DNA of 64,000 bases from Mollicutes bacterium. GTDB lineage: Bacteria; Bacillota_I; Bacilli_A; Izemoplasmatales; Izemoplasmataceae. This document shows, in pieces, positions 38,379-45,930 of the stretch. Position 1 is the first letter of the stretch, and the number at the start of each line of letters is the position of its first letter. The notes beneath the pieces were generated by a model that was not told where the DNA came from, did not search any database, and saw only the letters and a list, made by a program, of their open reading frames with translations. Made by a program: the position numbers and the translations under genes. The stretch covers positions 1,083-65,082 of the forward strand of contig PWMS01000096.1 of the NCBI GenBank assembly GCA_003558105.1, in the 5' to 3' direction.

Positions 38379-39363
38379 CTACCTTTAACGCATCGACAGC
38401 GTTTTTCGCAAACCCATCCGCACCGATTATATTGTGCAAAGCCGTATCGTGTAAGAAGGGTTGTCCTCCGATAATGATTTTAACGTGATCTAAACGCGTC
38501 TCATCACGAATCATTGCTACGGTTTTTTTCATATCACCGATATGGATGGGCAAAGTAATCGATAAGGCGATGATATCAGGTTGGAAATCTAGGGCATATG
38601 CAACAATTTCTTTTGGGGGAATATTACAGCCTAAATATTGGGTTTGATAGCCATCAATTTCAAAAAAGTCCATCACCATGCGAATACCGATTTCATGTAA
38701 TTCCTTACCAACCCCAGCCCCTAAGACTTTTTTATCGTGTTTTTGCATCGCAAAGATTTTCGGATAAAGGGTTGCGATGACAAACTGCGTGATGACCGTG
38801 GCTAAATGTTCGTCGGCCACGGTGATTTTTTTCGTTTGCCACAGGTAACCAATTTCATACAACGAAATTTGAATGACGTCCATATACAAGGTTTTTAAGT
38901 CCATACCATCCTCTAGATATTGATTGACAACTTGCAAGGCTTGTTCACGATTTTTGTTCAACAATGCATCTAAATAGAGTTTATGGACCGTGTGTTTTTC
39001 ATCTATTTTAAAAGGGTCTTTGATCGTTAGGCTTTGTTCTATATCTAAGTGTTCTAAAAACGTTTTTTGCGCTTCACTTAAATACGGTAACAATTTCTCG
39101 CTAATGACGCGATGCATCTTAAACAAGATATCTTTTTTTATGTTATAGGCCGATAAAGTATCGATCAACCAGCGGTAATAATTGATAATCAAAGTCGCGT
39201 TGATATTTTCAATCCCTTCCATGGTAAAAAGCAACGTGTAGCGAATATCACGCTTTTCTTTCTCAAGATGGGTTTGTGAACGGTTTTTGTAATCGGGGTT
39301 GATGACTTCTAAAATTTCTTGAACTAACCATTCTTTGTCGTTTTTAATATCATCTAAATTCAT
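38350..39363 (-). CDS. Stand-alone cobalamin-binding protein of CarH photoreceptor type, lacking a DNA-binding domain
   Basis: YLWQTKKITVADEH gives W-x9-EH. GKELHEIG followed by 41 residues, SIT, 28 residues and GG matches the (D/E)xHxxG-x41-Sxx-x26-28-GG B12 signature. ATG 39363 follows AAGGGGGA. The stop lies inside the GGDEF ORF. Confidence 0.75.
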   Translation of the reverse strand: MNLDDIKNDKEWLVQEILEVINPDYKNRSQTHLEKEKRDIRYTLLFTMEGIENINATLIINYYRWLIDTLSAYNIKKDILFKMHRVISEKLLPYLSEAQKTFLEHLDIEQSLTIKDPFKIDEKHTVHKLYLDALLNKNREQALQVVNQYLEDGMDLKTLYMDVIQISLYEIGYLWQTKKITVADEHLATVITQFVIATLYPKIFAMQKHDKKVLGAGVGKELHEIGIRMVMDFFEIDGYQTQYLGCNIPPKEIVAYALDFQPDIIALSITLPIHIGDMKKTVAMIRDETRLDHVKIIIGGQPFLHDTALHNIIGADGFAKNAVDALKVGGQLVAKTA

Positions 39364-39387
39364 CACAGTTTCCCCCTTATTAACCTT

Positions 39388-39396
39388 ATTATACCA
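39388..39396 (-). promoter_or_regulatory. Extended -10 element (TGGTATAAT) upstream of the B12-binding/GGDEF pair
   Basis: Minus strand TGGTATAAT 25 nt before ATG 39363. Overlapped by a 5-bp inverted repeat, ACCAT-TGTTAC-ATGGT (39392-39407). Confidence 0.5.
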
Positions 39397-39414
39397 TTGT
39401 TACATGGTAAACTT

Positions 39415-39444
39415 TAAAAAAACCACTAATAAAGTGGTTTTTTA
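39415..39444. terminator. Bidirectional hairpin terminating mrp and insulating it from the B12/GGDEF operon
   Basis: A8-ACCACT-AATAA-AGTGGT-T6. Confidence 0.8.
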
Positions 39445-39448
39445 AGAT

Positions 39449-40453
39449 TTAAGTTTCTTTAAGCAATTTGTTGGCAAGGCCTAAATAAGTCACACCGATT
39501 TCTTCGGTCATGTCAAATAGACTGTGATGACCACTCTTTGGTTGTCCGATAGGAATCTGTTGTAAGAGATCGGTTTTCAGTTTATCGGCGACTTCTTTAC
39601 CGCCACCTTTACCAAAGATTTCTAAAACTTCACCAGCATGGTATAAATAGCTCATATTCTCAACTACACCAATGAGTTTATGTTTTAATTGTTGTGCCGC
39701 AAAGCCCGCTTTAACCGCGATATGAGAGGCACTCGCGTGAGGGGTCGTAACGATGATCATTTCACATTCGGGAATCAATTTTTGAATGTCCATCGCGACA
39801 TCACCGGTTCCAGGCGGTAAATCGATTAAAACATACTCCAAATCATCGTTCCATTTAACATCGTAGAAGAAGTGGTTCAACATTTTTCCAAGCATCGGAC
39901 CACGCCACATTAAGGGTTGGTCGGGTTTTAAGAAAAACTCTGTGGAAATGAGTTCAACCCCTAATTTGCTGAAAGGAATAATCTTTTCATCTTCACCCGC
40001 CGTTGGCATGGCAATAGGCACATCCATAATCGTAGGAATAGAACTACCATAGATATCGGCATCGATGATCCCAACTTTTTTACCGAGTCGTTGTAAGGCG
40101 ATCGCTAAATTGGCTGCGACGGTTGATTTACCAACGCCGCCTTTCCCACTTGCGATGCCGATATAACGAATATCTTTATGCAATATACTTTCTTTTTTTT
40201 CGAGAAGTTCAAAATCAATCGATAAGCCGTGGTATTGCATATCAAGTTTGATAATTTTGGCAATTTTACGCTTGAGTTGTTGTTTTACCTTGTCGTCTTC
40301 TTTACCCAAAGCGATCAGTAAATTGACCGTTTTTTTACCATCGCTTTCATCAACACCAACATGTCTGATGGCTTTTGTTTCTTTGAAAGGTTTTTCATTC
40401 GAGGGATCGACAACCTCGCCCAAAGCTACTATAATTTTGTCTTTTTTATTCAT
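39449..40453 (-). CDS. mrp: Mrp/ApbC-family Fe-S cluster carrier ATPase with N-terminal DUF59-like domain
   Basis: Deviant Walker A GIASGKGGVGKSTVAANLA, and DLPPGTGD. ATG 40453 preferred to 40471. Confidence 0.85.
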   Translation of the reverse strand: MNKKDKIIVALGEVVDPSNEKPFKETKAIRHVGVDESDGKKTVNLLIALGKEDDKVKQQLKRKIAKIIKLDMQYHGLSIDFELLEKKESILHKDIRYIGIASGKGGVGKSTVAANLAIALQRLGKKVGIIDADIYGSSIPTIMDVPIAMPTAGEDEKIIPFSKLGVELISTEFFLKPDQPLMWRGPMLGKMLNHFFYDVKWNDDLEYVLIDLPPGTGDVAMDIQKLIPECEMIIVTTPHASASHIAVKAGFAAQQLKHKLIGVVENMSYLYHAGEVLEIFGKGGGKEVADKLKTDLLQQIPIGQPKSGHHSLFDMTEEIGVTYLGLANKLLKET

Positions 40454-40506
40454 CTTATCACCCGTATGCATTATATGCGAAAATCATGAAACGTTCAAAC
40501 AAAAAG

Positions 40507-41646
40507 CTAAAAGATTATGACAGGCTGCAATTCTTTTTTGACCAAGTCACCTTGATAGCACATATCATAGATATCGCTGATTCTAAGTTCTATTTCTAAA
40601 AGCGGATGTTTGTCTCTTTTAATCTTCGTTATAATAGGTAGCGGTGGATCTTTTTTGATGGTGTTTAGATACGCTTGTCCGGTTTTGCGCATGCCTAAAA
40701 TTCTTAGATAAGGGACATCAAAAGACTTGATATCATCCTTTTCAATGTTAAGCAACATATGCATTAAAGCGCGTTTTATTTTCGCATTGGTGAACCGTTT
40801 TGATTTTAATTTATCGATTAACCCCTCCAACGATTTGATATCACGGTATTGTAAAAAGAGATTTTCAAGACCCGCATCAAAGGAAAAAATCCTTCTTAAA
40901 CTCTGGGGTGAGTGTTGCTTTAAAGCGAAAAGTAAAGTGGTCTCAAAGTCTTGCAAATCAACCATACTATCAATGTCTTCATGCACATAGGCGGGAAGAT
41001 AAGCCTTAATATCTTGTTTGTTTTTATAGGCTTCTCTAATGGCTGTAGCACTTTGAATTTCTTGATCTTGGTTTAACTCAGCGTAGTACCCAGCATCTTT
41101 GCGCTTGATGACGATGGGTTTGATATCGGCATTTAATTCAAAAATCGCTTGAATGTATTGGACGCCTAAGATATCGTTAGGGTGTAGGGTTTTTCTGATA
41201 TCCAACAATTCCCCTAAGGCTAGATCGGTACTGGTCGGATAAGAATTACCCGCTTGCATTAAAGTTTTGACTCGGGCATTATAGACATCGGTACGCATGA
41301 TCTCTGCGATCACTTTCAATTGGTCCACATCACCGCTTTCACTCCCAAAAACAATCGTATCAACGCCTAGGTGATGGAGAATCTCTACACTGGTTTTCGC
41401 AAAAATATCGGCGTTTTGCAAGACGAAAAGACTTGGTAGTTCCACCACCAAATCAATGCCCGCTTCTAAGGCCCATTTTGTCCGTTTGAATTTATCTACA
41501 CAAGCAAATTCTCCACGCTGCACCACGTGGGGGCTCATGACCGCGATGGTGAGATCAGGCTTGGTGATTTCTTTGGCTTTATTTAAGTGGTGTATATGCC
41601 CAAGATGCAAGGGATTATATTCCACAATCAAACCTAATATGCGCAT
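40507..41646 (-). CDS. tmcAL: tRNA(Met) cytidine acetate ligase TmcAL (YlbM-type nucleotidyltransferase)
   Basis: MRILGLIVEYNPLHLGHIHHL HIGH-like start, about 380 aa. Divergent from yceD-rpmF, as ylbM-ylbN-rpmF is in Bacillus. Confidence 0.7.
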   Translation of the reverse strand: MRILGLIVEYNPLHLGHIHHLNKAKEITKPDLTIAVMSPHVVQRGEFACVDKFKRTKWALEAGIDLVVELPSLFVLQNADIFAKTSVEILHHLGVDTIVFGSESGDVDQLKVIAEIMRTDVYNARVKTLMQAGNSYPTSTDLALGELLDIRKTLHPNDILGVQYIQAIFELNADIKPIVIKRKDAGYYAELNQDQEIQSATAIREAYKNKQDIKAYLPAYVHEDIDSMVDLQDFETTLLFALKQHSPQSLRRIFSFDAGLENLFLQYRDIKSLEGLIDKLKSKRFTNAKIKRALMHMLLNIEKDDIKSFDVPYLRILGMRKTGQAYLNTIKKDPPLPIITKIKRDKHPLLEIELRISDIYDMCYQGDLVKKELQPVIIF

Positions 41647-41744
41647 AAAGTGCACCCGCTTTCTTATGTGTCGACATTCATTATACCTTATATTTGACAT
41701 TAATGTAAATAGCCCTTATAATTTGAAAGACTAGAGGTGATAGC

Positions 41745-42218
41745 ATGAAATTCACGGTGGCTCAAATCAAAAAACGCGTCCATCAAGACCCGACGTTTGA
41801 AGAGGTTTTGGACTTGAGCGCTTTCGTTCCCAAAGACGATGACGTTATCGATGTTCAAAAAACGCATATTTCTGGGGAAATGTCCATCGATGGTGAAGAT
41901 GAATTATTCAATTTCGACCTGCACATCAAAACGACCTTAATCGTCGCTTGTGCTCGGACACTTAAGCCCGTAGAACTTCCTTTGGATTTTACCGTAAGGG
42001 AAACATTCAGCCATGATGAAACGGACGAATATCGTTTAATCGACGGAATAACTATTGACTTATCACCGATTATATGGTCTAATATATACTTGGAAAAACC
42101 TATGCGCATCATCCATCCCGATGCGAAAGATATGGACGATTTCACATCCGTAGAAGATGCCGATAAAAAACCTAAGGTTAATCCACAACTTGCTAAATTG
42201 AAAGACTACAAAAGTTAG
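41745..42218 (+). CDS. YceD/DUF177 family protein (rRNA accumulation protein)
   Basis: About 157 aa acidic protein immediately upstream of rpmF, the conserved yceD-rpmF pairing. Confidence 0.7.
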   Translation: MKFTVAQIKKRVHQDPTFEEVLDLSAFVPKDDDVIDVQKTHISGEMSIDGEDELFNFDLHIKTTLIVACARTLKPVELPLDFTVRETFSHDETDEYRLIDGITIDLSPIIWSNIYLEKPMRIIHPDAKDMDDFTSVEDADKKPKVNPQLAKLKDYKS

Positions 42219-42229
42219 GAGGCACATCA

Positions 42230-42439
42230 ATGGCAGTTCCCAAAAGAAGAACGTCCAAAATGAGAAAGCGCAAACGCCGCACGCATTTTAAATTAGCGAT
42301 ACCAGGCATGGTGGTTTGTGATAATTGTGGCGAAATGAAATTAGCCCACCGCGTCTGTAAAGAATGCGGTCATTACAAAGGACGCGAAATCATCAAAGAA
42401 CCAATCACAGAAGAAGAGGAAGAAAGCACTGAAGCTTAA
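42230..42439 (+). CDS. rpmF: 50S ribosomal protein L32 with an acidic C-terminal tail
   Basis: [22 protein letters not shown], a CxxC...CxxC Zn ribbon, and the tail [13 protein letters not shown]. Confidence 0.9.
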   Translation: MAVPKRRTSKMRKRKRRTHFKLAIPGMVVCDNCGEMKLAHRVCKECGHYKGREIIKEPITEEEEESTEA

Positions 42440-42452
42440 ACATCCTCAAAAG

Positions 42453-42480
42453 AAGCGCTTTGTACAAGCGTTTTTCTTTT
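42453..42480 (+). terminator. Rho-independent terminator after rpmF
   Basis: AAGCGCTT-TGTAC-AAGCGTTT stem followed by a T-rich run. Confidence 0.7.
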
Positions 42481-42501
42481 ATCTAAAGATAGGTGATAAT
42501 C

Positions 42502-43422
42502 ATGGAACATATTCCCGTGATGCTCAAAGAAGCCATAAAACACTTAGATATTAAACCCAACGGTACCTATATCGATGCGACCTTAGGTGGCGGCACCCAC
42601 GCTGCGGCGATTTTAAAGCGCCTTAGTACCGGTCGTCTCATCGCATTTGACCAAGACGCCTACGCCCTTGATAAGGCTAAAAAAACCAAGGCATTCGACG
42701 TCGATAAAGTGACCTTTATTCACAGTAATTTTAAAAACTTAAGATCCGAACTTCAACACTTAGGCATCACCAAAATCGATGGCATTTTATTTGATCTTGG
42801 GGTCTCTTCCTTTCATTTTGACGATTTTCAAAGAGGGTTTAGCTACCGCGAGGACGCCCCTTTAGATATGCGCATGGACCAACGACAAGAAAAAACCGCC
42901 AAGATGATTGTCAATACCTATAGTGAAAGCGAACTTAGAAGTTTGCTTTATCGTTACGGTGATGAAAAGTTCGCCCCATCAATCGCAAAGAATATCGTTA
43001 AAGCCCGTCAAAAAGATCCCATCCAAACGACTTTAGAACTTGTGACGATCATTAAGGATAGTTACCCGAAAAAAGCCCTTAGCCAAAAAGGTCATCCCGC
43101 TAAAAAAACCTTTCAAGCGATTCGGATTGAAGTCAACGACGAACTCAACGTCTTAAAGACCGCTTTAGATGACGCTTTAAACCTCTTAAAATCCTCTGGT
43201 AGAATCGTTGTTATTACGTTTCAATCTTTAGAAGATAAAATCGTCAAACAAATCTTTAAGGATAAATCGAGTATCGATCATCCCAAAGGCTTGCCAACGA
43301 TGCCGAAAGAAGAAGCGCCATTCCTTTGGCCCACCAAAAAAAGCATCACCCCAAGCAACGAAGAAATCGCCTCAAATCATCGCGCCCACAGCGCTAAAAT
43401 GCGCGTTTTAATGAAACGCTAA
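42502..43422 (+). CDS. rsmH: 16S rRNA (cytosine1402-N4)-methyltransferase RsmH
   Basis: HIPVMLKEAI, DATLGGGTHA, DLGVSSFHFD. ATG 42502 follows AGGTGA. Confidence 0.9.
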   Translation: MEHIPVMLKEAIKHLDIKPNGTYIDATLGGGTHAAAILKRLSTGRLIAFDQDAYALDKAKKTKAFDVDKVTFIHSNFKNLRSELQHLGITKIDGILFDLGVSSFHFDDFQRGFSYREDAPLDMRMDQRQEKTAKMIVNTYSESELRSLLYRYGDEKFAPSIAKNIVKARQKDPIQTTLELVTIIKDSYPKKALSQKGHPAKKTFQAIRIEVNDELNVLKTALDDALNLLKSSGRIVVITFQSLEDKIVKQIFKDKSSIDHPKGLPTMPKEEAPFLWPTKKSITPSNEEIASNHRAHSAKMRVLMKR

Positions 43423-43449
43423 AAAATTCTTAAAAAGCGCCCTTTGTAC

Positions 43450-43479
43450 TTGACACAGCGAAACTTTTCATGGTATGAT
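43450..43479 (+). promoter_or_regulatory. Promoter of the tRNA-Gly pair
   Basis: TTGACA (43450-43455), 18-nt spacer ending in TGG, TATGAT (43474-43479). About 21 nt before the first tRNA. Confidence 0.65.
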
Positions 43480-43500
43480 ACTAACGCTTGCATAAGTCAA

Positions 43501-43574
43501 GCGGGTGTAGTTTAAAGGTAGAACCTCAGCCTTCCAAGCTGATAGTGAGGGTTCGATTCCCTTCACCCGCTCCA
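43501..43574 (+). tRNA. tRNA-Gly (anticodon UCC)
   Basis: Cloverleaf: acceptor GCGGGTG/CACCCGC, anticodon loop CUUCCAA, T-loop GGTTCGATTCC, encoded CCA. Confidence 0.9.
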
Positions 43575-43592
43575 TTCTCACAGGTTAAAAAC

Positions 43593-43666
43593 GCGGGTGT
43601 AGTTTAGTGGTAAAACACCACCTTGCCATGGTGGAATCGAGGGTTCGATCCCCTTCACCCGCTCCA
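43593..43666 (+). tRNA. tRNA-Gly (anticodon GCC)
   Basis: Same acceptor stem as the upstream tRNA, anticodon loop CUUGCCA, T-loop GGTTCGATCCC, encoded CCA. Confidence 0.9.
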
Positions 43667-43677
43667 TTAAAAATTCA

Positions 43678-43703
43678 AAGTGCCCTTGTGGGCACTTTTT
43701 TTT
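43678..43703 (+). terminator. Rho-independent terminator after the tRNA-Gly pair
   Basis: AGTGCCC-TTGT-GGGCACT followed by T8. Confidence 0.85.
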
Positions 43704-43705
43704 AT

Positions 43706-43731
43706 AAAAAAAGGATCTTTAAGATCCCTTT
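43706..43731 (-). terminator. Terminator after the OsmC-like gene
   Basis: Minus strand GGGATCT-TAA-AGATCC followed by T7. Confidence 0.7.
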
Positions 43732-44126
43732 TATTTAAAACTGACGGTATAATGCATCGTTGCAATCTTGGATATCGTTTGAAAGACACTACAGTATTTT
43801 GTCGCGAGTTCAAAAGCTTTTTCGACTTGGGCTTTTTTATCTTCATCAACGCCACTGACAATCACATCGATTTGGACTTCTTTTAAAGTTGTGGGAACCT
43901 CAGTTCTCTTCACACCTTCAATGGCGTAATTAACGCCGTGGATTTTGATTTGTTTTTTATCAAGAACCGATTGGAAAGTATGGTTCAAACAGCCACCCAA
44001 TCCGCCTAAAACCATATCATAAGGGGCGAGTGCGCCTTCTGAGGGCCCGACTTGTGATGAGCCGTGATGCCCGGTTAAAATACCATGCATTTGATTGTCA
44101 AACACCATTTTTACATTGTTAGCCAT
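43731..44126 (-). CDS. OsmC/Ohr-family peroxiredoxin-like protein
   Basis: 131 aa with two conserved Cys contexts (GGLGGCLNHTF and KYCSVFQT). The start lies 1 nt after the ppa stop. Confidence 0.75.
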   Translation of the reverse strand: MANNVKMVFDNQMHGILTGHHGSSQVGPSEGALAPYDMVLGGLGGCLNHTFQSVLDKKQIKIHGVNYAIEGVKRTEVPTTLKEVQIDVIVSGVDEDKKAQVEKAFELATKYCSVFQTISKIATMHYTVSFK

Positions 44127-44127
44127 G

Positions 44128-44634
44128 TTATTTAGTCTCCTTCTTTTTTTCTACCTGATAACGCTTTATCGAATCATCGATTAAACGAAACGCATACGTT
44201 TTATCATGAAAATCGTACACTTCGACTTTTTTGTTTTGTTGAAGATCTTTATAGGTTTTGAAAAAGTGTCGGATTTCCCGTTTCATGTGTTCAAGAATAT
44301 CGGTGATATCGTGGATATGAGAAAAGCGTGGATCTTTGTCCATGACGGCAATAATTTTATGATCCTTCTCATCGTTGTCAATCATATCTAAAGAACCGAT
44401 GACCCGTGCATCTACAATGCAACCAGGAAATGTTTTAGTCGATGCGATGACCAAAATATCCAAAGGGTCATTATCTTCCGCTAAGGTCTTTTCAATATAG
44501 CCATATTCAGCGGGGTAGGTCATCTCTGAATAAAGGACGCGATCGAGTTTGATTCGATTGCGGGCCTTATCGATTTCATATTTATTTTTTGTGCCCATCG
44601 GAATTTCGATGATGGCCTCAATCACACGGTCCAT
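44128..44634 (-). CDS. ppa: Inorganic pyrophosphatase, family I
   Basis: IEIPMGTKNKYEIDK, YPAEYGYI, DNDPLDILV, DEKDHKIIAV. Confidence 0.9.
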   Translation of the reverse strand: MDRVIEAIIEIPMGTKNKYEIDKARNRIKLDRVLYSEMTYPAEYGYIEKTLAEDNDPLDILVIASTKTFPGCIVDARVIGSLDMIDNDEKDHKIIAVMDKDPRFSHIHDITDILEHMKREIRHFFKTYKDLQQNKKVEVYDFHDKTYAFRLIDDSIKRYQVEKKKETK

Positions 44635-44692
44635 AGTATCACCTCATACGGATATTATAGTGTATTATAGAAGAACCCGTAAAGTATTTAGC

Positions 44693-45106
44693 TTAAAGAA
44701 TATCTTTTTTCATCATTCGGTGTTCGATATCGGCATCTAAGAATATCTCACCATAGGCTTCATAACCCAAAGCTTCATAAAAAGGAATAATATAAGTTTG
44801 TGCACCGAGTTCTAAGGTTTTAATCCCATTGTGTTTAGCAAAATCCTCAATGGCTTTCATCAAAAGACTGCCGGCTTTTTTGTGTCGGTGGTCTTTTAAA
44901 ACCGCAACCCGACCAACCTTATTTTTGTAAAGCCTTGCCGCTCCAATCACTAAAGTCTTATCGTATATGTTGAATAAGGTACTGTCATAGTCCCAATCGT
45001 CAAATTCTAAAGTCCAATCGATCTCTTGTTCAACGATAAAGACTTGACCGCGCACATAAAAGTGATCCAAGAGCGTCTTTTGGTCTTTAGCAATGATGAC
45101 TTCCAT
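44693..45106 (-). CDS. GNAT-family N-acetyltransferase
   Basis: RVAVLKDHRHKKAGSLLMKAIEDFA acetyl-CoA-binding motif. ATG 45106 follows GAGGAG. Confidence 0.75.
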   Translation of the reverse strand: MEVIIAKDQKTLLDHFYVRGQVFIVEQEIDWTLEFDDWDYDSTLFNIYDKTLVIGAARLYKNKVGRVAVLKDHRHKKAGSLLMKAIEDFAKHNGIKTLELGAQTYIIPFYEALGYEAYGEIFLDADIEHRMMKKDIL

Positions 45107-45202
45107 CTCACCACTCCTCGAATAAAAAACTAAAAAATCTTTTGTCACATTATACACGAAATCGTTTCAAAAATAAATGATTTGTGGTAAAATATCAGTA
45201 TC

Positions 45203-45216
45203 TGAAAACGTTTTAA
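45203..45216 (+). promoter_or_regulatory. cre-like palindrome (candidate CcpA operator) upstream of the EIIB-like/ptsH genes
   Basis: TGAAAACGTTTTAA matches 13 of 14 positions of TGWAANCGNTNWCA and contains the perfect 10-bp palindrome AAAACGTTTT. It lies between a TGGTAAAAT -10 and the RBS. Confidence 0.35.
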
Positions 45217-45229
45217 AGAGGTGAACCTC

Positions 45230-45571
45230 ATGGGGGCATTGACACAAACACAACTTCTTATCATTGCGATCATTGTTTTTATTTTGATTCTGATTTTAAT
45301 CCTCATTCTCAGAAAGCAAAAACGCAAAACCCCCGATTTACCTGATACAAAAAACATTCTTCAAGCCATCGGCAAAGACAACATTCAAGCCATCGATTAC
45401 ACGCGTCATAAAATTGTTGTGAAGACCTATGATATCAAAAAGTGCAACTTAAACGCCTTAAAAGAGACTGGGGCAGTTGGCATTAACGTTGTGGGTCCTA
45501 CCATAAAATTTTATTACCCTACCGACAATGAAAAGGTTTATCAAAGCCTTAAACTCGAAAGGAATGGTTAA
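45230..45571 (+). CDS. Membrane-anchored PTS EIIB(Glc)-like domain protein lacking the catalytic Cys
   Basis: One N-terminal TM helix (LLIIAIIVFILILILILIL). Then ILQAIGKDNIQAIDYTRHKIVVK...ALKETGAVGINVVG aligns by eye to the EIIB consensus LGGKENI..v..C.TRLR...G..gv, with Tyr where the phospho-Cys should be. Confidence 0.45.
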   Translation: MGALTQTQLLIIAIIVFILILILILILRKQKRKTPDLPDTKNILQAIGKDNIQAIDYTRHKIVVKTYDIKKCNLNALKETGAVGINVVGPTIKFYYPTDNEKVYQSLKLERNG

Positions 45572-45572
45572 A

Positions 45573-45833
45573 ATGAAGAAGGAATTTGTCATCTCGAACG
45601 AACAAGGGTTGCACGCCCGGCCAGCGACAACCCTCGTCAGCAAGGCCAACCAATTTAGCGCTAATGTCATTTTGCGCTACGAAGGCGAAACCGTCGATCT
45701 CAAATCAATTATGGGGGTTTTATCTTTAGGCATTGACCGCGGTGCGCTCATTGAGATTGAAATCGAAGGCGAAGATGAAGCCGAAGCTATGGAAGCACTC
45801 ACCAAACATATCAAAGAACTAAACGTTAATTAG
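45573..45833 (+). CDS. ptsH: Phosphocarrier protein HPr
   Basis: GLHARPAT (His15 site) and KSIMGVLSLG (Ser46 site). ATG 45573 lies 2 nt after the upstream stop. Confidence 0.9.
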   Translation: MKKEFVISNEQGLHARPATTLVSKANQFSANVILRYEGETVDLKSIMGVLSLGIDRGALIEIEIEGEDEAEAMEALTKHIKELNVN

Positions 45834-45855
45834 GCGGTTATTTGACCGCTTTTTG
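45833..45855 (+). terminator. Terminator after ptsH
   Basis: GGCGGT-TATTTG-ACCGCT followed by TTTTT. Confidence 0.65.
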
Positions 45856-45900
45856 TAATTTTTAATCACCCGCACCGCTTAGGTGCATGCTTTTTCGTGC

Positions 45901-45930
45901 GAAAAAAAAGAATCCACGGATTCTTTTTTA
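45901..45930. terminator. Hairpin terminating trpS (minus strand). Symmetric A/T runs.
   Basis: A8-GAATCC-AC-GGATTC-T6. Overlaps the trpS stop codon. Confidence 0.7.

Noticed and set aside
43423-45160. The tRNA-Gly pair as a possible integration hotspot, with the downstream OsmC, ppa and GNAT genes as an island.
   Set aside because: I saw no integrase, no direct repeat of a tRNA 3' end and no compositional shift by eye. The genes are ordinary housekeeping or stress genes.
45275-45312. Repetitive-looking DNA (tttattttgattctgattttaatcctcattctc) that could be taken for a tandem repeat.
   Set aside because: It is in frame within the EIIB-like gene and encodes the (I/L)n transmembrane helix FILILILILIL. 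It has no spacer-repeat architecture and no flanking copies.
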